Positions 1 to 10,511 of a DNA stretch of 49,143 nt are shown piece by piece. The number at the start of each line of letters is the position of its first letter. Position 1 is the first letter of the stretch. The DNA comes from Sulfitobacter sp. GTDB taxonomy: Bacteria > Pseudomonadota > Alphaproteobacteria > Rhodobacterales > Rhodobacteraceae. Both the position numbers and the translations under genes were made by a program. Location of the stretch: NCBI GenBank assembly GCA_036964385.1, contig JBALTK010000001.1:1-49143 (forward strand), written 5' to 3'. Below the pieces are notes generated by a model. It did no database searches. It saw only the letters and a list, made by a program, of their open reading frames with translations, and was not told the DNA's origin.

Positions 1-101
1 CTGCAAAACATAGTGATATCGAGACGATCGTCACAAACGCATGGTCCTATGCACAACGCAGCACCTGAAATACCCAAGCGCCTCGAGCACGGAGATAATT
101 T

Positions 102-1193
102 TTGCAAGCATTCAGCATTCTGATCCAGTCAGGTAATCCAGACCAACCTCTACCAAAAGAAGCTGAAAGTAACTTCAACTCCTTCAAAGCCCACCATCCC
201 GACATTCCCCACCAGCTTTTTCGGGGCCCCGAATTGCGGGCATTTATCAAGGATAACTTCGACCGCGATATTCTTTTCGCATACGATAAGTTTGTCCCCA
301 ATGCGTATAAAGCCGACTTGGGAAGATACTGCTTATTGTACGCAATGGGTGGAATATATTTCGACCTGGCGATGTATTTCCACGAGCGCCTCCCTGTTGA
401 CCCCGAACGCGTGACCCTCTTTCGCGATCTTTTCCAAATCGCGACCTACGAATGCTATAATGGATTAATGTATGTCCCTAAGGGGCACGAACTTCTGTCC
501 CTGGCGATAGAGGCATGCGCCCAAAATGCCCGCGAGGAATATTACGGCCCCAGCCCCCTTTGTCCGACCGGTCCAGTCCTGTTTGGGAGAAATGTCGCAA
601 TCGCCTGCCCCGTCGAGAACCAGAACGTCGGCGAAGCCGTTATGGTGAACATCGGAAAACCTTATCAATCGCTCCACTTCTCGCACCCTGAAAGCAAGAA
701 TGGTCTGGTTGCATCGCGGCGCAAACGCGGCAGAGGCCTCGCTGAGGTCGGTATCTCAGGATCAAATGTATACCCCGCTCTATGGAGTTCGAGATCCGTG
801 TATGGATTCGAAGATGTGAGAACCTATGAAGCGCACTATTTCGCCCAAAAGAAGCTGCACACAGGGAGCTTTGAGAACGGCAAGGGCATTTCCATCTCGG
901 CTGCACAGCACGGGCTCTGCACAAGGGGTCCGAATGTTTATCTAGAACCTGGCAGCTATGTTATCGCAGCTGAAATCAATGTCCGAACCGTTTCCCGATT
1001 GGTCTTTGACTGCTTTGCGCCAGCGCTTGGCGTTATGGATGAAGTTGTCTTTGATGATATCGAGGATGACAGAAACCTATGCATACTGATCAAGGTCGAG
1101 ATTGAAACCACATTGGACAACTACCAGTTCCGCCTGCGCGGCCCTGCAGGTAAAGACTTTGACTTCATCGCAATGCACATCCGTAAGGTCTGA
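102..1193 (+). CDS. DXD-motif glycosyltransferase (GT32/OCH1-like) with extra C-terminal domain
   Basis: Motif YKADLGRYCLLYAMGGIYFDL and TGP motif typical of GT32-like enzymes; TTG start preceded by GGAG at 91-94. Confidence 0.75.
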   Translation: MQAFSILIQSGNPDQPLPKEAESNFNSFKAHHPDIPHQLFRGPELRAFIKDNFDRDILFAYDKFVPNAYKADLGRYCLLYAMGGIYFDLAMYFHERLPVDPERVTLFRDLFQIATYECYNGLMYVPKGHELLSLAIEACAQNAREEYYGPSPLCPTGPVLFGRNVAIACPVENQNVGEAVMVNIGKPYQSLHFSHPESKNGLVASRRKRGRGLAEVGISGSNVYPALWSSRSVYGFEDVRTYEAHYFAQKKLHTGSFENGKGISISAAQHGLCTRGPNVYLEPGSYVIAAEINVRTVSRLVFDCFAPALGVMDEVVFDDIEDDRNLCILIKVEIETTLDNYQFRLRGPAGKDFDFIAMHIRKV

Positions 1194-1223
1194 CGCGCCC
1201 GTCCTGCGTTCAGGCGCACCAAG

Positions 1224-2090
1224 CTATTTCAGGAGCCCCAGCAGGTACTGTCCGTAACTGTTCTTGGAAAAGCTTTCCGCACGGATGCGTAATTCATCTG
1301 CAGTGATCCATCTTTTGGCAAAGGCGATCTCCTCGGGGCTGCCTACCTGAAGCCCTTGGCGCTCGGAGAGGGTGCGCACGAAGTTTCCCGCATCCAGCAG
1401 GCTGCCGTGCGTCCCTGTGTCCAGCCAGGCATATCCACGCCCCATTTGCTGCACGCTGAGTTGGCCATCAGCGAGGTAGAGCTCAAGCAGAGAGGTGATC
1501 TCCAGTTCACCCCGCGGCGAAGGCTTGACAGCGCGCGCGCGTTCGGGCGCTGTGCCATCAAGGAAATAAAGCCCTGTCACAGCAAAGGGTGACGGAGCCA
1601 CCTCGGGCTTTTCGACAATTGCACGCACCGTGCCATCACTGTCAAAATCGACCACACCATACCGCTCAGGGTCGGCTACCCGGTAGCCAAACACCGTGCC
1701 ACCCTGCGCCGCATCTGCCGCAGCCAGACTTTCAGGCAAGCCGTGACCAAAGAAGATATTATCACCCAACACCATCGCAGAGGGTGCGCCATCCAGAAAA
1801 TCCTCTGCCAACAGATAGGCCTGCGCCAGACCATCCGGCGAGGGCTGTTCGATGTAGGTGAAGGTGACACCCCACTGGCTGCCATCCCCCAGCGTACGCT
1901 GGAACTGTTCAGCATCTTGCGGGGTGGTGATCACGGCAATCTCGCGGATGTCGGCCAACATCAGCACCGACAGCGGATAATAGATCATCGGCTTGTCATA
2001 TATTGGCAGTAACTGCTTGGAGACACCGATGGTGATCGGATAGAGCCGCGTGCCAGAGCCGCCAGCGAGGATGATACCTTTACGCTTCAT
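1224..2090 (-). CDS. rfbA: glucose-1-phosphate thymidylyltransferase
   Basis: GIILAGGSGTRLYP, KQLLPIYDKPMIYYPL, RGELEIT, WLDTGT motifs; last gene of the rml operon. Confidence 0.97.
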   Translation of the reverse strand: MKRKGIILAGGSGTRLYPITIGVSKQLLPIYDKPMIYYPLSVLMLADIREIAVITTPQDAEQFQRTLGDGSQWGVTFTYIEQPSPDGLAQAYLLAEDFLDGAPSAMVLGDNIFFGHGLPESLAAADAAQGGTVFGYRVADPERYGVVDFDSDGTVRAIVEKPEVAPSPFAVTGLYFLDGTAPERARAVKPSPRGELEITSLLELYLADGQLSVQQMGRGYAWLDTGTHGSLLDAGNFVRTLSERQGLQVGSPEEIAFAKRWITADELRIRAESFSKNSYGQYLLGLLK

Positions 2091-2932
2091 GTCGAAAGTT
2101 CCTTAATCACATCTGTCAAATCTGCGCGCCAATCAGGCTGGCCAATGCCAAAGTCACGCATCAGGCTGCCACCGTTCAGGCGTGAATTGGCAGGCCGTAC
2201 TGCGGGTGTGGGGTAATCGCTTGTGGGGATGTCTGTCACCGTGACAGCATCTCCCGACATCTCGAATATCGCGCGGGCAAAATCGGCCCAGCTTACGGGG
2301 GGCGCCCCTGCAAAATGGTGGATGCCCGAGGGCGCTCCGGTGGTTAGCTTATCAACCAGTGTCATGCAGGCCTGTGCGATCGCCGCGGCCGAGGTCGGCC
2401 CGCCGATCTGATCGCCCACAACCGTCAATGCATCCCGCGACTGCGCCAGCCGCAGCATGGTTTTTACAAAGTTATTGCCATGGGCCGAGAATACCCAAGA
2501 CGTGCGCAAGATCGCATGCGCGCCGCCCGCCGCGACCACACCACGTTCACCCGCCAGCTTCGAGCGGCCATAGGCATTGATAGGGTTCACCGCATCATCT
2601 GGTTGCCATGCCGCCGTACCCTGCCCGTCAAACACATAGTCGGTCGAGATATGCACCAGCGGGATACCCAGTGCGGCACAGGCCCGTGCCATGGCCGCAG
2701 GGGCGTCACCGTTGATAGTGGTGGCCATCGCCTCCTCTTCCTCGGCGCGGTCCACAGCCGTATAGGCGGCGGCGTTAATAACTGCGCGCGGCGCATGGAC
2801 GGCAATCGCTGCAGCACAGGCGTCAGGGTCGCTCAGGTCAGCGGCATCGCGGTCAAGGTATGTAGCGTCAGGCAAGATGCGCTGTAGCTCATGCGCCACC
2901 TGCCCTGTTTTGCCAAAGACAAGTATGCTCAT
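2087..2932 (-). CDS. rfbD: dTDP-4-dehydrorhamnose reductase
   Basis: [45 protein letters not shown] motifs; 4-bp overlaps with both neighbours. Confidence 0.96.
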   Translation of the reverse strand: MSILVFGKTGQVAHELQRILPDATYLDRDAADLSDPDACAAAIAVHAPRAVINAAAYTAVDRAEEEEAMATTINGDAPAAMARACAALGIPLVHISTDYVFDGQGTAAWQPDDAVNPINAYGRSKLAGERGVVAAGGAHAILRTSWVFSAHGNNFVKTMLRLAQSRDALTVVGDQIGGPTSAAAIAQACMTLVDKLTTGAPSGIHHFAGAPPVSWADFARAIFEMSGDAVTVTDIPTSDYPTPAVRPANSRLNGGSLMRDFGIGQPDWRADLTDVIKELST

Positions 2933-3966
2933 GCCGTGCCCAACCGTGTGCCAACTCCATCACGGTTTTGTAGCGCGCGCCACCAGTCCTCATTGTCGAG
3001 ATACCAATGCACTGTGCGCTCCAACCCTTGCTCGACAGTGACCGAAGGCTGCCAACCCAGTTCGTCGCGGATGCGGCTCGCGTCGATCGCATAGCGTGCA
3101 TCATGACCCGGACGGTCGGCCACAAATGTAATCAAATCGGCATAGGGCGTCGCAGCAGGGCGCGCCTTGTCCAATATCGCACAGAGCATCTGCACCAGAT
3201 CAAGATTGGTCAGCTCGTTATTGCCCCCGATGTTATAGCTGCGGCCCACTGCACCTTTTTGTAGAACGCGCAGCAAGGCCTCGGCGTGGTCCTCGACGTA
3301 CAGCCAATCACGTATGTTCGCGCCTGTGCCATAGATCGGAATATCCTCGCCCCCAAGCGCCTTGAGGATCACCACAGGGATCAGCTTTTCGGGGAAATGG
3401 TAGGGGCCATAGTTATTCGAGCAATTGCTCAGCACCACGGGCAGGCCATAGGTTTCGCCCCAAGCACGCACCAAATGATCGCTGGCCGCTTTGGACGCGG
3501 AATAGGGCGAGTTTGGGTCGTATGGGGTATCTTCCGTGAACAGCCCCTCCTCTCCCAAGCTGCCAAACACCTCATCCGTCGAGATGTGGTGAAAGCGAAA
3601 ACCCTCAGGCTTGCCTGCCGCTGTCCAATAGCTACGTGCAGCCTCCAGCATGTTGTAGGTGCCTGTCACATTTGTCTCGATGAAATCACCAGGCGCATCG
3701 ATGGAGCGGTCAACATGGCTCTCTGCTGCCAGATGCATCACCGCATCGGGCTTATGCGTGGCAAAGATACGCGCAAGTGCTGCAGGATCACGGATGTCCG
3801 CATGCTCGAACGCATAAAGCGGGCTCTCCGAGACGCTGGCCACATTCTCGAGACAGGCCGCATAGGTCAGCGCATCAAGGTTAACCACGCTGTGTCCTGC
3901 GGCAACCGCCTGACGCACCACCGCTGAGCCGATAAAACCCGCACCACCTGTAATCAAAATTTTCAT
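2929..3966 (-). CDS. rfbB: dTDP-glucose 4,6-dehydratase
   Basis: [55 protein letters not shown] motifs. Confidence 0.97.
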   Translation of the reverse strand: MKILITGGAGFIGSAVVRQAVAAGHSVVNLDALTYAACLENVASVSESPLYAFEHADIRDPAALARIFATHKPDAVMHLAAESHVDRSIDAPGDFIETNVTGTYNMLEAARSYWTAAGKPEGFRFHHISTDEVFGSLGEEGLFTEDTPYDPNSPYSASKAASDHLVRAWGETYGLPVVLSNCSNNYGPYHFPEKLIPVVILKALGGEDIPIYGTGANIRDWLYVEDHAEALLRVLQKGAVGRSYNIGGNNELTNLDLVQMLCAILDKARPAATPYADLITFVADRPGHDARYAIDASRIRDELGWQPSVTVEQGLERTVHWYLDNEDWWRALQNRDGVGTRLGTA

Positions 3967-4523
3967 GCGGCACCTGCCGTGAACGGGCTGGGCACATCTG
4001 CCAGTTTGGGGGCCTTGGCGTCTTTGTCTGACAGAACAGGTGTCTCGACGCCCCAGTCGATGCCGATGTCGGGGTCATTCCATGCCACAGCCCCGTCACA
4101 GTCAGGGGAATAATAGTCGGTGCATTTATAGATGATCTCGGTATCGGATGCGCGTGTGACAAACCCGTGCAAGAACCCCGCAGGGATCAGCAACTGACGG
4201 CCATTCTCTGGCGTCAGATCAACTCCGAACCACTGCCCGAACGTGGGCGAGCCTGCGCGAAAATCCACAGCCACATCCCACAGCGCACCGCGCCCGCAGC
4301 GCACCAGTTTGGCCTGTGCATGAGGGGGCGATTGATAGTGCAGCCCGCGCAACGTGCCCACAGTGGCCGAAACCGAATGGTTGTCTTGCACAAAATCGAA
4401 ATCCAGCCCTGCGGCTTCCATCCGCGCCTTGTTCCAGCTTTCAGAGAAAAAGCCGCGGGCATCGCCGTGCCGCTGGGGCGTCAGGATCAATACGCCCTCA
4501 AGTGTTGTCTGTTCTATTTGCAT
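3963..4523 (-). CDS. rfbC: dTDP-4-dehydrorhamnose 3,5-epimerase
   Basis: [45 protein letters not shown] motifs. Confidence 0.97.
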   Translation of the reverse strand: MQIEQTTLEGVLILTPQRHGDARGFFSESWNKARMEAAGLDFDFVQDNHSVSATVGTLRGLHYQSPPHAQAKLVRCGRGALWDVAVDFRAGSPTFGQWFGVDLTPENGRQLLIPAGFLHGFVTRASDTEIIYKCTDYYSPDCDGAVAWNDPDIGIDWGVETPVLSDKDAKAPKLADVPSPFTAGAA

Positions 4524-4625
4524 CCGGTTTCTCCGCCCTGCTGCTTTTTCTGCTCATGTGCCACGGCTACGCGCGGGATCTACCCCATGACAAGGGCCAG
4601 ATTATGACGCGCGCACCCTGAACTC

Positions 4626-6248
4626 TTACGTACTCACATCAGGCGTGGTGCGCCCCAAATGCCCCTGAAAATCACACAGCGCCATAACCGCTTCGCGCAG
4701 CGGGCCAAGATGGGCTTCGATATCCCCGAAATCGCCGGTTTGCGGCGGTTGGTACTGCTCAAGATAAAGCCGCACTGTCGCCCCTTCGGTGCCTGTGCCC
4801 GACAGGCGCAGCACCGCGCGCGCACCGCCCTCGAACCAGATACGCCAGCCTTGGTTATCGCTGGTCGCGCCGTCCACAGGATCGGTATAGGTGAAAATGT
4901 CAGCGGCAGTGATGGTCTTGCCGCCCACCTGTGTGCCTTCCAATGTCGGTATGCGCGCGTTCAACGCCTCCAGCATGGCAGCTGCGCTTTGGGTCGGGAC
5001 CGCTTCGAAATCCAGCCTTGCATAGTGATCACGACCATATTGTGCCCAGTGATCTTGCATCAAATCCGCCACCGACATCTTGCGCGCCGCCAAAATATTC
5101 AGCCACAGCAGCACCGCCCACAGCCCGTCTTTCTCACGCACATGGTCTGATCCTGTGCCGGCACTTTCCTCGCCACAAATCGTGACACGGCCCGCATCCA
5201 AAAGCGTGCCAAAGAACTTCCAACCCGTCGGCGTCTCGAACATCTCGACACTCAACGCCTCTGCCACACGATCCGCGGCCCCCGAGGTCGGCATGGAGCG
5301 CGCGATGCCCGCAATCCCCTTGTCATAGGCAGGGGCCAGATGTGCATTGGCCGCCAGCACCGCAAGACTGTCAGAAGGGGTTACATATGCGCCACGACCC
5401 ACGATCATATTACGGTCTCCGTCACCGTCTGACGCGGCCCCAAAATCAGGAGCAGTCGGGCCTGTCATCTTGCCCATCAATTCATGCGCCCAGATCGGGT
5501 TAGGATCGGGATGCCCACCGCCAAAATCAAGCGACGGGATGCCATTAATCACCGTCCCAACAGGCGCGCCCAGACGCCCCTCAAGGATCGCATGGGCATA
5601 GGGCCCCGTGACCGCATGCATTGCATCAAAACACATCTCGAAGTCGCCCGTAAGCAGATCTGAGATCACGTCAAAGTCAAAGAGACTTTCCATCAATTGG
5701 GCATAATCAGAGACTGAATCCACCACCTCGATCACCATGTCATCGCGCGTCTGCGTGCCGATATGGTCCAAATCTACATCTTTAAAATCAGACAGAAAAT
5801 ACCGGTCAATCTCCATGCCGATCCGGGTCATTTCTTCAGTCAGTGCTTCGGGGGCAGGCCCGCCATTGGCCGCATTGAATTTCAGCCCGAAATCCGCATC
5901 GATCCCGCCGGGATTATGGCTGGCGGACAGGATGAATCCACCGTCTGTGCCATGCATCCGGATCAGGTGGGAAGCCGCGGGAGTCGAGAGGATTCCCCCC
6001 TGCCCCACGATCACCCGCGCGGCCCCGTTCGCCGCTGCCATTTTCAGGATCGTCTGGATTGCCTGCAGGTTGAAATACCGACCATCCCCGCCCAGCACAT
6101 AGGTCTTGCCCGCCCCCCCAGAGGTAGCGTCAAAAATGGCCTGTACGAAGTTTTCCAGATACCCCGGAGCCATAAAAACACGGGTTTTTTTGCGCAAGCC
6201 TGATGTTCCCGGCCCTTGACCCATAATTGGCTGGGTGTCGTGTTTCAT
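4626..6248 (-). CDS. pgm: alpha-D-glucose phosphate-specific phosphoglucomutase
   Basis: GTSGLRKK, ILSASHNPGG, DGDGDR, CGEESAGTGSDHVREKDGLWA, RLSGTGTEGATVRLY motifs. Confidence 0.95.
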   Translation of the reverse strand: MKHDTQPIMGQGPGTSGLRKKTRVFMAPGYLENFVQAIFDATSGGAGKTYVLGGDGRYFNLQAIQTILKMAAANGAARVIVGQGGILSTPAASHLIRMHGTDGGFILSASHNPGGIDADFGLKFNAANGGPAPEALTEEMTRIGMEIDRYFLSDFKDVDLDHIGTQTRDDMVIEVVDSVSDYAQLMESLFDFDVISDLLTGDFEMCFDAMHAVTGPYAHAILEGRLGAPVGTVINGIPSLDFGGGHPDPNPIWAHELMGKMTGPTAPDFGAASDGDGDRNMIVGRGAYVTPSDSLAVLAANAHLAPAYDKGIAGIARSMPTSGAADRVAEALSVEMFETPTGWKFFGTLLDAGRVTICGEESAGTGSDHVREKDGLWAVLLWLNILAARKMSVADLMQDHWAQYGRDHYARLDFEAVPTQSAAAMLEALNARIPTLEGTQVGGKTITAADIFTYTDPVDGATSDNQGWRIWFEGGARAVLRLSGTGTEGATVRLYLEQYQPPQTGDFGDIEAHLGPLREAVMALCDFQGHLGRTTPDVST

Positions 6249-6324
6249 GGATAGGTATCCTTTAAGTAGTTATTTCGTTTTTAAAACAGGCGCTATTTGA
6301 ACAAAAAGTAGACAAATTTTATCA

Positions 6325-6340
6325 TTAAGACGGTTTTAAC
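6325..6340 (+). promoter_or_regulatory. CtrA-binding site (TTAA-N7-TTAAC)
   Basis: TTAAgacggttTTAAC matches the alphaproteobacterial CtrA consensus exactly; extra TTAAC half-site at 6361-6365; lies in the AT-rich divergent region between pgm and the 1251-aa gene. Confidence 0.6.
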
Positions 6341-6419
6341 TGAAGCCTCCCAAAAGGTCATTAACCGCTTTCATCCCGCCCCCCCCAAAGATCACTCTTA
6401 CCAAGGGATTTCCAAAACA

Positions 6420-9400
6420 ATGGACCTTTTTGAGACATTTTCTGACACGCTAGCCCTCACCGATTTTGGGTCAAACGATACTTTTTCCACCGCCTCGACA
6501 ATAGACGATGGCCGGTTTGAAGTTCAAGGCAACGGGGAAGATTGGTACAGGTTCGAAGCCCCTGCAGGTCAGATGGCATTTTCCATCACCGCAACCGAGG
6601 CACCGCTGAACCTTGCGCTGACCCTGCATGACGCCGCAGGCAATGCGATCAAGGGAAGCCCTAGCCCGACAGCGACCGAGAGCTTTGATTTCTACAACGC
6701 CGCCGATCAGACCTATTATCTGCGTGTCGCCACCGCACAATATGCTGCAACCACACCACCAGCCGATCTGGTGATGACTTATACAATCACTGTTGATCTG
6801 CCTGATACCAGCAACCCTGACGGAAACGACACCCTTGCCGAGGCCCAGACCCTTACCGAAGGACTGCACAACATCAGCGGCTCTGCGGTGGATTGGTTCC
6901 GCCTGAACAGCCCCTCGGGCAATATATCGATCACGTTGGACACCGATGATGATGCCTATCCGCAAAACCTGAATGCGGTGCTCTATAATACCGCAGGTCA
7001 GGTGCTTGGCCATGACAATAATCCCAGCGGCGAAGAAAGCTTTACCGCCTTGCTCAAAGATGCGGATGATTACTTCCTCAAGGTCTTCTGGGCCGTCGCG
7101 CCAGATGCGACATCCTCAGGGATCAAACTCGATTATACTCTCGACATTGATCTGCCCGAAGAGGCCGCACGCGACCCCAATGATCCGGGCGAGACCCGCG
7201 AGACTGCAACTCCCCTGCCTGCAAACGGCACTCATAGCATTGAGGGCACCGGGCTGGACTGGTTCCGCCTCGACACTGGACCTGGCCGCTTCACCATCGA
7301 CATGACCGACACCAACGATGGCAGCAATGAGATCAACATGGATCTCTATGATGCGCAGGGCAATCTGCTGATCGGTAACCGTGAGGCGGGCGGCACCGAG
7401 AGCGTGAGCTATCTGTCCCAGACCGGCGGCACCTACTACATCAATATGTTCATGCCGATCTATCCCAATGGCACCCCCAACGGGGTCACGATGAACTATG
7501 ATCTAACGGTGGACACGCCTGAAAACACATGGGCAACAACGCTTGATTTCGGGCCTATCCGCAATGCTTCAATCGCCGTTTTTGACATCGACAATGACGG
7601 CAAAGACGAAATTTTTGTCAGTGCCAGCAAAGCTCTGGATGAGGAAGGCAACGAGATCCGCCCCGGTGGCCTGATCGTGCTGGAAGATGACGGCACCATC
7701 AAATGGACCAAAACCTTTGAAGCCGAAGAAGGCCCCGACCTGATCACAGGCAAAGAATACAACACCAGCTCGGTATCCACTCAGGCGATCTTCTCGGATC
7801 TCACTGGTGACGGGCGCATGGAAATCATTATCGGCACCGCTGCGGGCATCACCGATGTATTCCCCACCTCGGGACAACCGGGTGATAAGGGCGGCATTTA
7901 TGCCCTGACTGCGGATGGCGAAATCTTGTGGTTCCATGAGACCTATGATGTCTTCGGCAGCCATCTGGACGAACCTGATGACAGCCCTGATGGCCGCTCG
8001 GAAGGGGTGTATTCCACACCGCGCATCTTCGACATTGATGCCGATGGGCAGCGCGAAATTCTGGTGACCTCATGGGATCAGCGTTTCTATATTCTTGACG
8101 GCAAAACAGGCCAGATCGAACGCGAATTCAATCTGCATGACACAGCCGCAGCCACCCCGAATGTCGCCGATATGGACGGCGATGGCATTTATGAATTGGT
8201 CGTTCTTTCCGCCATCACCGACAATGAAGAAGCTGGCATCCCCACCCAAGGTGGGGTTGTGCACGTGCTGACCAACTATGCCCAGCCCATCATTGAAGGG
8301 TGGACGGATCAGGTGTCAATCAAAGAGAATGCCAGCGCAGACCACCGCGGTAAATTCCTTGAACAGGGTCTGTGGTCCAGCCCGAAAGTCACCGATCTGG
8401 ATGGTGACGGCACACCCGAATTCATCCACGGTACAACCAACTTTTTCAAAGACGAGCGCGGACAATTTCTCAAAATCTGGAATGCTGACGGCACAGAGCG
8501 GGCCACACTGACGACCATAGGCCAACCCCGTGCAGCGCCCCTGCTGGCAGATCTAGATGGCAATGGATCGCTGGAGATTATCGCCGCCACCATGGAGGGA
8601 TATGTCTATGGCTGGAATTCCAATGGTGTTGAACTTTTCCGCACACTGGTTGAACCCTATGTCGACACAGAGATCCACGGCGACGTGGACCGTACGCAGC
8701 CCATCACCCGTCAGCCCATTGCTGTAGATCTCGACAATGCCGACGGTGATCTCGAAATCCTTGTCTCGATCGGATCGCAAACCATTGTTCTGGACAGCGA
8801 TGGTACACAGATCACCTCGACCACGCAGGAGAACTCCAACAACATCTACCAAGTCTATTCCGGATCACCTGTCGCCAAGGATATTGATCACGACGGCAAG
8901 CTGGACCTGCTTTCAGGCGGGACCACAGAGGCACAAGATCAGGCCGTTATCTTCCGTTGGGAAAACCCGTTCGAGGCAACATCGGATGACTACCGCACGG
9001 CGGAATATCAAAACATGCAGTCCCTCAATGAAGTACGCAGCTTTGTCGAGCGGTTCTACAACACCGTTCTGGACCGCTCCGCAGACCCTCAGGGCAGCAA
9101 CTTCTGGACAGATTCCCTCGCCACCGGTGTGCTCAGCGGCGCTGATGTTGCCGCCGGCTTTATCGGCAGTAAGGAATTCATCAGACGCAACACCTCGGAT
9201 GAGGAATATGTGAACATCCTATATGAAGCTTTCTTTGGGCGGAATGCCGACGCCGGCGGGTTTGGTAAATGGATCAATGATCTCGACAGCGGCGTATCAC
9301 GTGCGGACGTTCTGGCCGGATTTACGGGCAGTCGAGAATTTGAAAATCTGACCACCTCATACGGTATCCGCGCTGAGACAAGCTATGGTATCGGGGATAA

Positions 9401-10175
9401 TTCGGCTGTCATACTGGGTGATCCTCAAGACAGTAACGTCTTACGCGGCGGGGCTGGTAACAACATCCTGAATGATGAAGGCGGCGAAGTTACTGTCGCA
9501 GACAACATCGCCCATATTGAATACACAGGCCAAGTCTACCGTTTGTATGGTGCAGCCCTCGGGCGTAACCCTGACATGGGCGGTTTGGTCGGCTGGCTGA
9601 ATGCATTAGATACAGGCCGGATTCCGATTGCTGACTTGCCAGGTTATTTCCTTAAATCACCCGAGTTCATACAAACCTATGGTGATCTCGACGATGCAAA
9701 TTTTGTGAACCTTCTCTATCAAAACGTGCTGGGTCGTAATGCCGATGCCCAAGGCCAGCAAAACTGGGTGGATGCATTGGACGGTGGCCTGACCCGCGAT
9801 CAGGTTGTTCTGAGCTTCTCGGACAGCCGTGAGAACCGCACAAAAACCAGCGCCGGCTTTGACAACTTCATGACCAAATTGAATGTTGAATGGCTCGACG
9901 TGCTGGAAGGCGGCGCAGGTGATGATGTAATGAACGCCGGCATTGGCAGCGACATCTTCATTTTCCGCGCGGATGAACCCGGCAATGATACCGTCCACGG
10001 GTTTGAGCCCTGGGACCGCTTACAGCTGAGCGGGTATGGCTTTGACACGGATGCTGATGCCTTGGCCCAGATGCAGCAAGTCGGCGATGATGTAATCTTT
10101 GAACAAGGTCAGCAACGCATCAGGTTCGTGGACATGCGGATGAGCTATATGAACGAAGTACAGTTCAACATCTAA
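6420..10175 (+). CDS. large secreted protein: three PPC-like repeats + FG-GAP/VCBS Ca-binding beta-propeller + DUF4214 repeats + RTX-like C-terminus
   Basis: Three repeats containing DW(Y/F)R(F/L); about eight DxDxDGxxE/D motifs; DUF4214-like FYNTVLDRSAD..FIGSKEF and LYGAALGRNPD..FLKSPEF; GGAGNN and GGAGDD; no signal peptide seen. Confidence 0.8.
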   Translation: MDLFETFSDTLALTDFGSNDTFSTASTIDDGRFEVQGNGEDWYRFEAPAGQMAFSITATEAPLNLALTLHDAAGNAIKGSPSPTATESFDFYNAADQTYYLRVATAQYAATTPPADLVMTYTITVDLPDTSNPDGNDTLAEAQTLTEGLHNISGSAVDWFRLNSPSGNISITLDTDDDAYPQNLNAVLYNTAGQVLGHDNNPSGEESFTALLKDADDYFLKVFWAVAPDATSSGIKLDYTLDIDLPEEAARDPNDPGETRETATPLPANGTHSIEGTGLDWFRLDTGPGRFTIDMTDTNDGSNEINMDLYDAQGNLLIGNREAGGTESVSYLSQTGGTYYINMFMPIYPNGTPNGVTMNYDLTVDTPENTWATTLDFGPIRNASIAVFDIDNDGKDEIFVSASKALDEEGNEIRPGGLIVLEDDGTIKWTKTFEAEEGPDLITGKEYNTSSVSTQAIFSDLTGDGRMEIIIGTAAGITDVFPTSGQPGDKGGIYALTADGEILWFHETYDVFGSHLDEPDDSPDGRSEGVYSTPRIFDIDADGQREILVTSWDQRFYILDGKTGQIEREFNLHDTAAATPNVADMDGDGIYELVVLSAITDNEEAGIPTQGGVVHVLTNYAQPIIEGWTDQVSIKENASADHRGKFLEQGLWSSPKVTDLDGDGTPEFIHGTTNFFKDERGQFLKIWNADGTERATLTTIGQPRAAPLLADLDGNGSLEIIAATMEGYVYGWNSNGVELFRTLVEPYVDTEIHGDVDRTQPITRQPIAVDLDNADGDLEILVSIGSQTIVLDSDGTQITSTTQENSNNIYQVYSGSPVAKDIDHDGKLDLLSGGTTEAQDQAVIFRWENPFEATSDDYRTAEYQNMQSLNEVRSFVERFYNTVLDRSADPQGSNFWTDSLATGVLSGADVAAGFIGSKEFIRRNTSDEEYVNILYEAFFGRNADAGGFGKWINDLDSGVSRADVLAGFTGSREFENLTTSYGIRAETSYGIGDNSAVILGDPQDSNVLRGGAGNNILNDEGGEVTVADNIAHIEYTGQVYRLYGAALGRNPDMGGLVGWLNALDTGRIPIADLPGYFLKSPEFIQTYGDLDDANFVNLLYQNVLGRNADAQGQQNWVDALDGGLTRDQVVLSFSDSRENRTKTSAGFDNFMTKLNVEWLDVLEGGAGDDVMNAGIGSDIFIFRADEPGNDTVHGFEPWDRLQLSGYGFDTDADALAQMQQVGDDVIFEQGQQRIRFVDMRMSYMNEVQFNI

Positions 10176-10418
10176 ACCCTGACACCGAGACTGTCGGAAG
10201 CGCTGGTACAAGTCGCCAGCCACCAGACGGCGCAGCTGACCCTCAGCCACATGCCACAAAAGAGCCTCCCCTTCCTGACCGAATAGGGAGGCCCTCTAAC
10301 CTGCAGAACAAGTGCCTGTAGTGTAAGCAGTGCGCTAATCACACTGTTTGCACTTGGTTGGCATCGTATCGCTGTATGGGTTCAAAATGACGGCGGCAGA
10401 CCACCATCTCGGCCACAA

Positions 10419-10448
10419 TCAGAGCCTTCAAATCTATGAAGGCTCTGA
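10419..10448. terminator. perfect 12-bp hairpin between convergent genes (possible terminator or stability element)
   Basis: TCAGAGCCTTCA-aatcta-TGAAGGCTCTGA; no strong U-tract on either side. Confidence 0.5.
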
Positions 10449-10511
10449 AACTCCGATTAAGAACGAGCTGGATAGCATGGGCTCGAAGCACTGCTTACCC
10501 TGTATCAGGCT

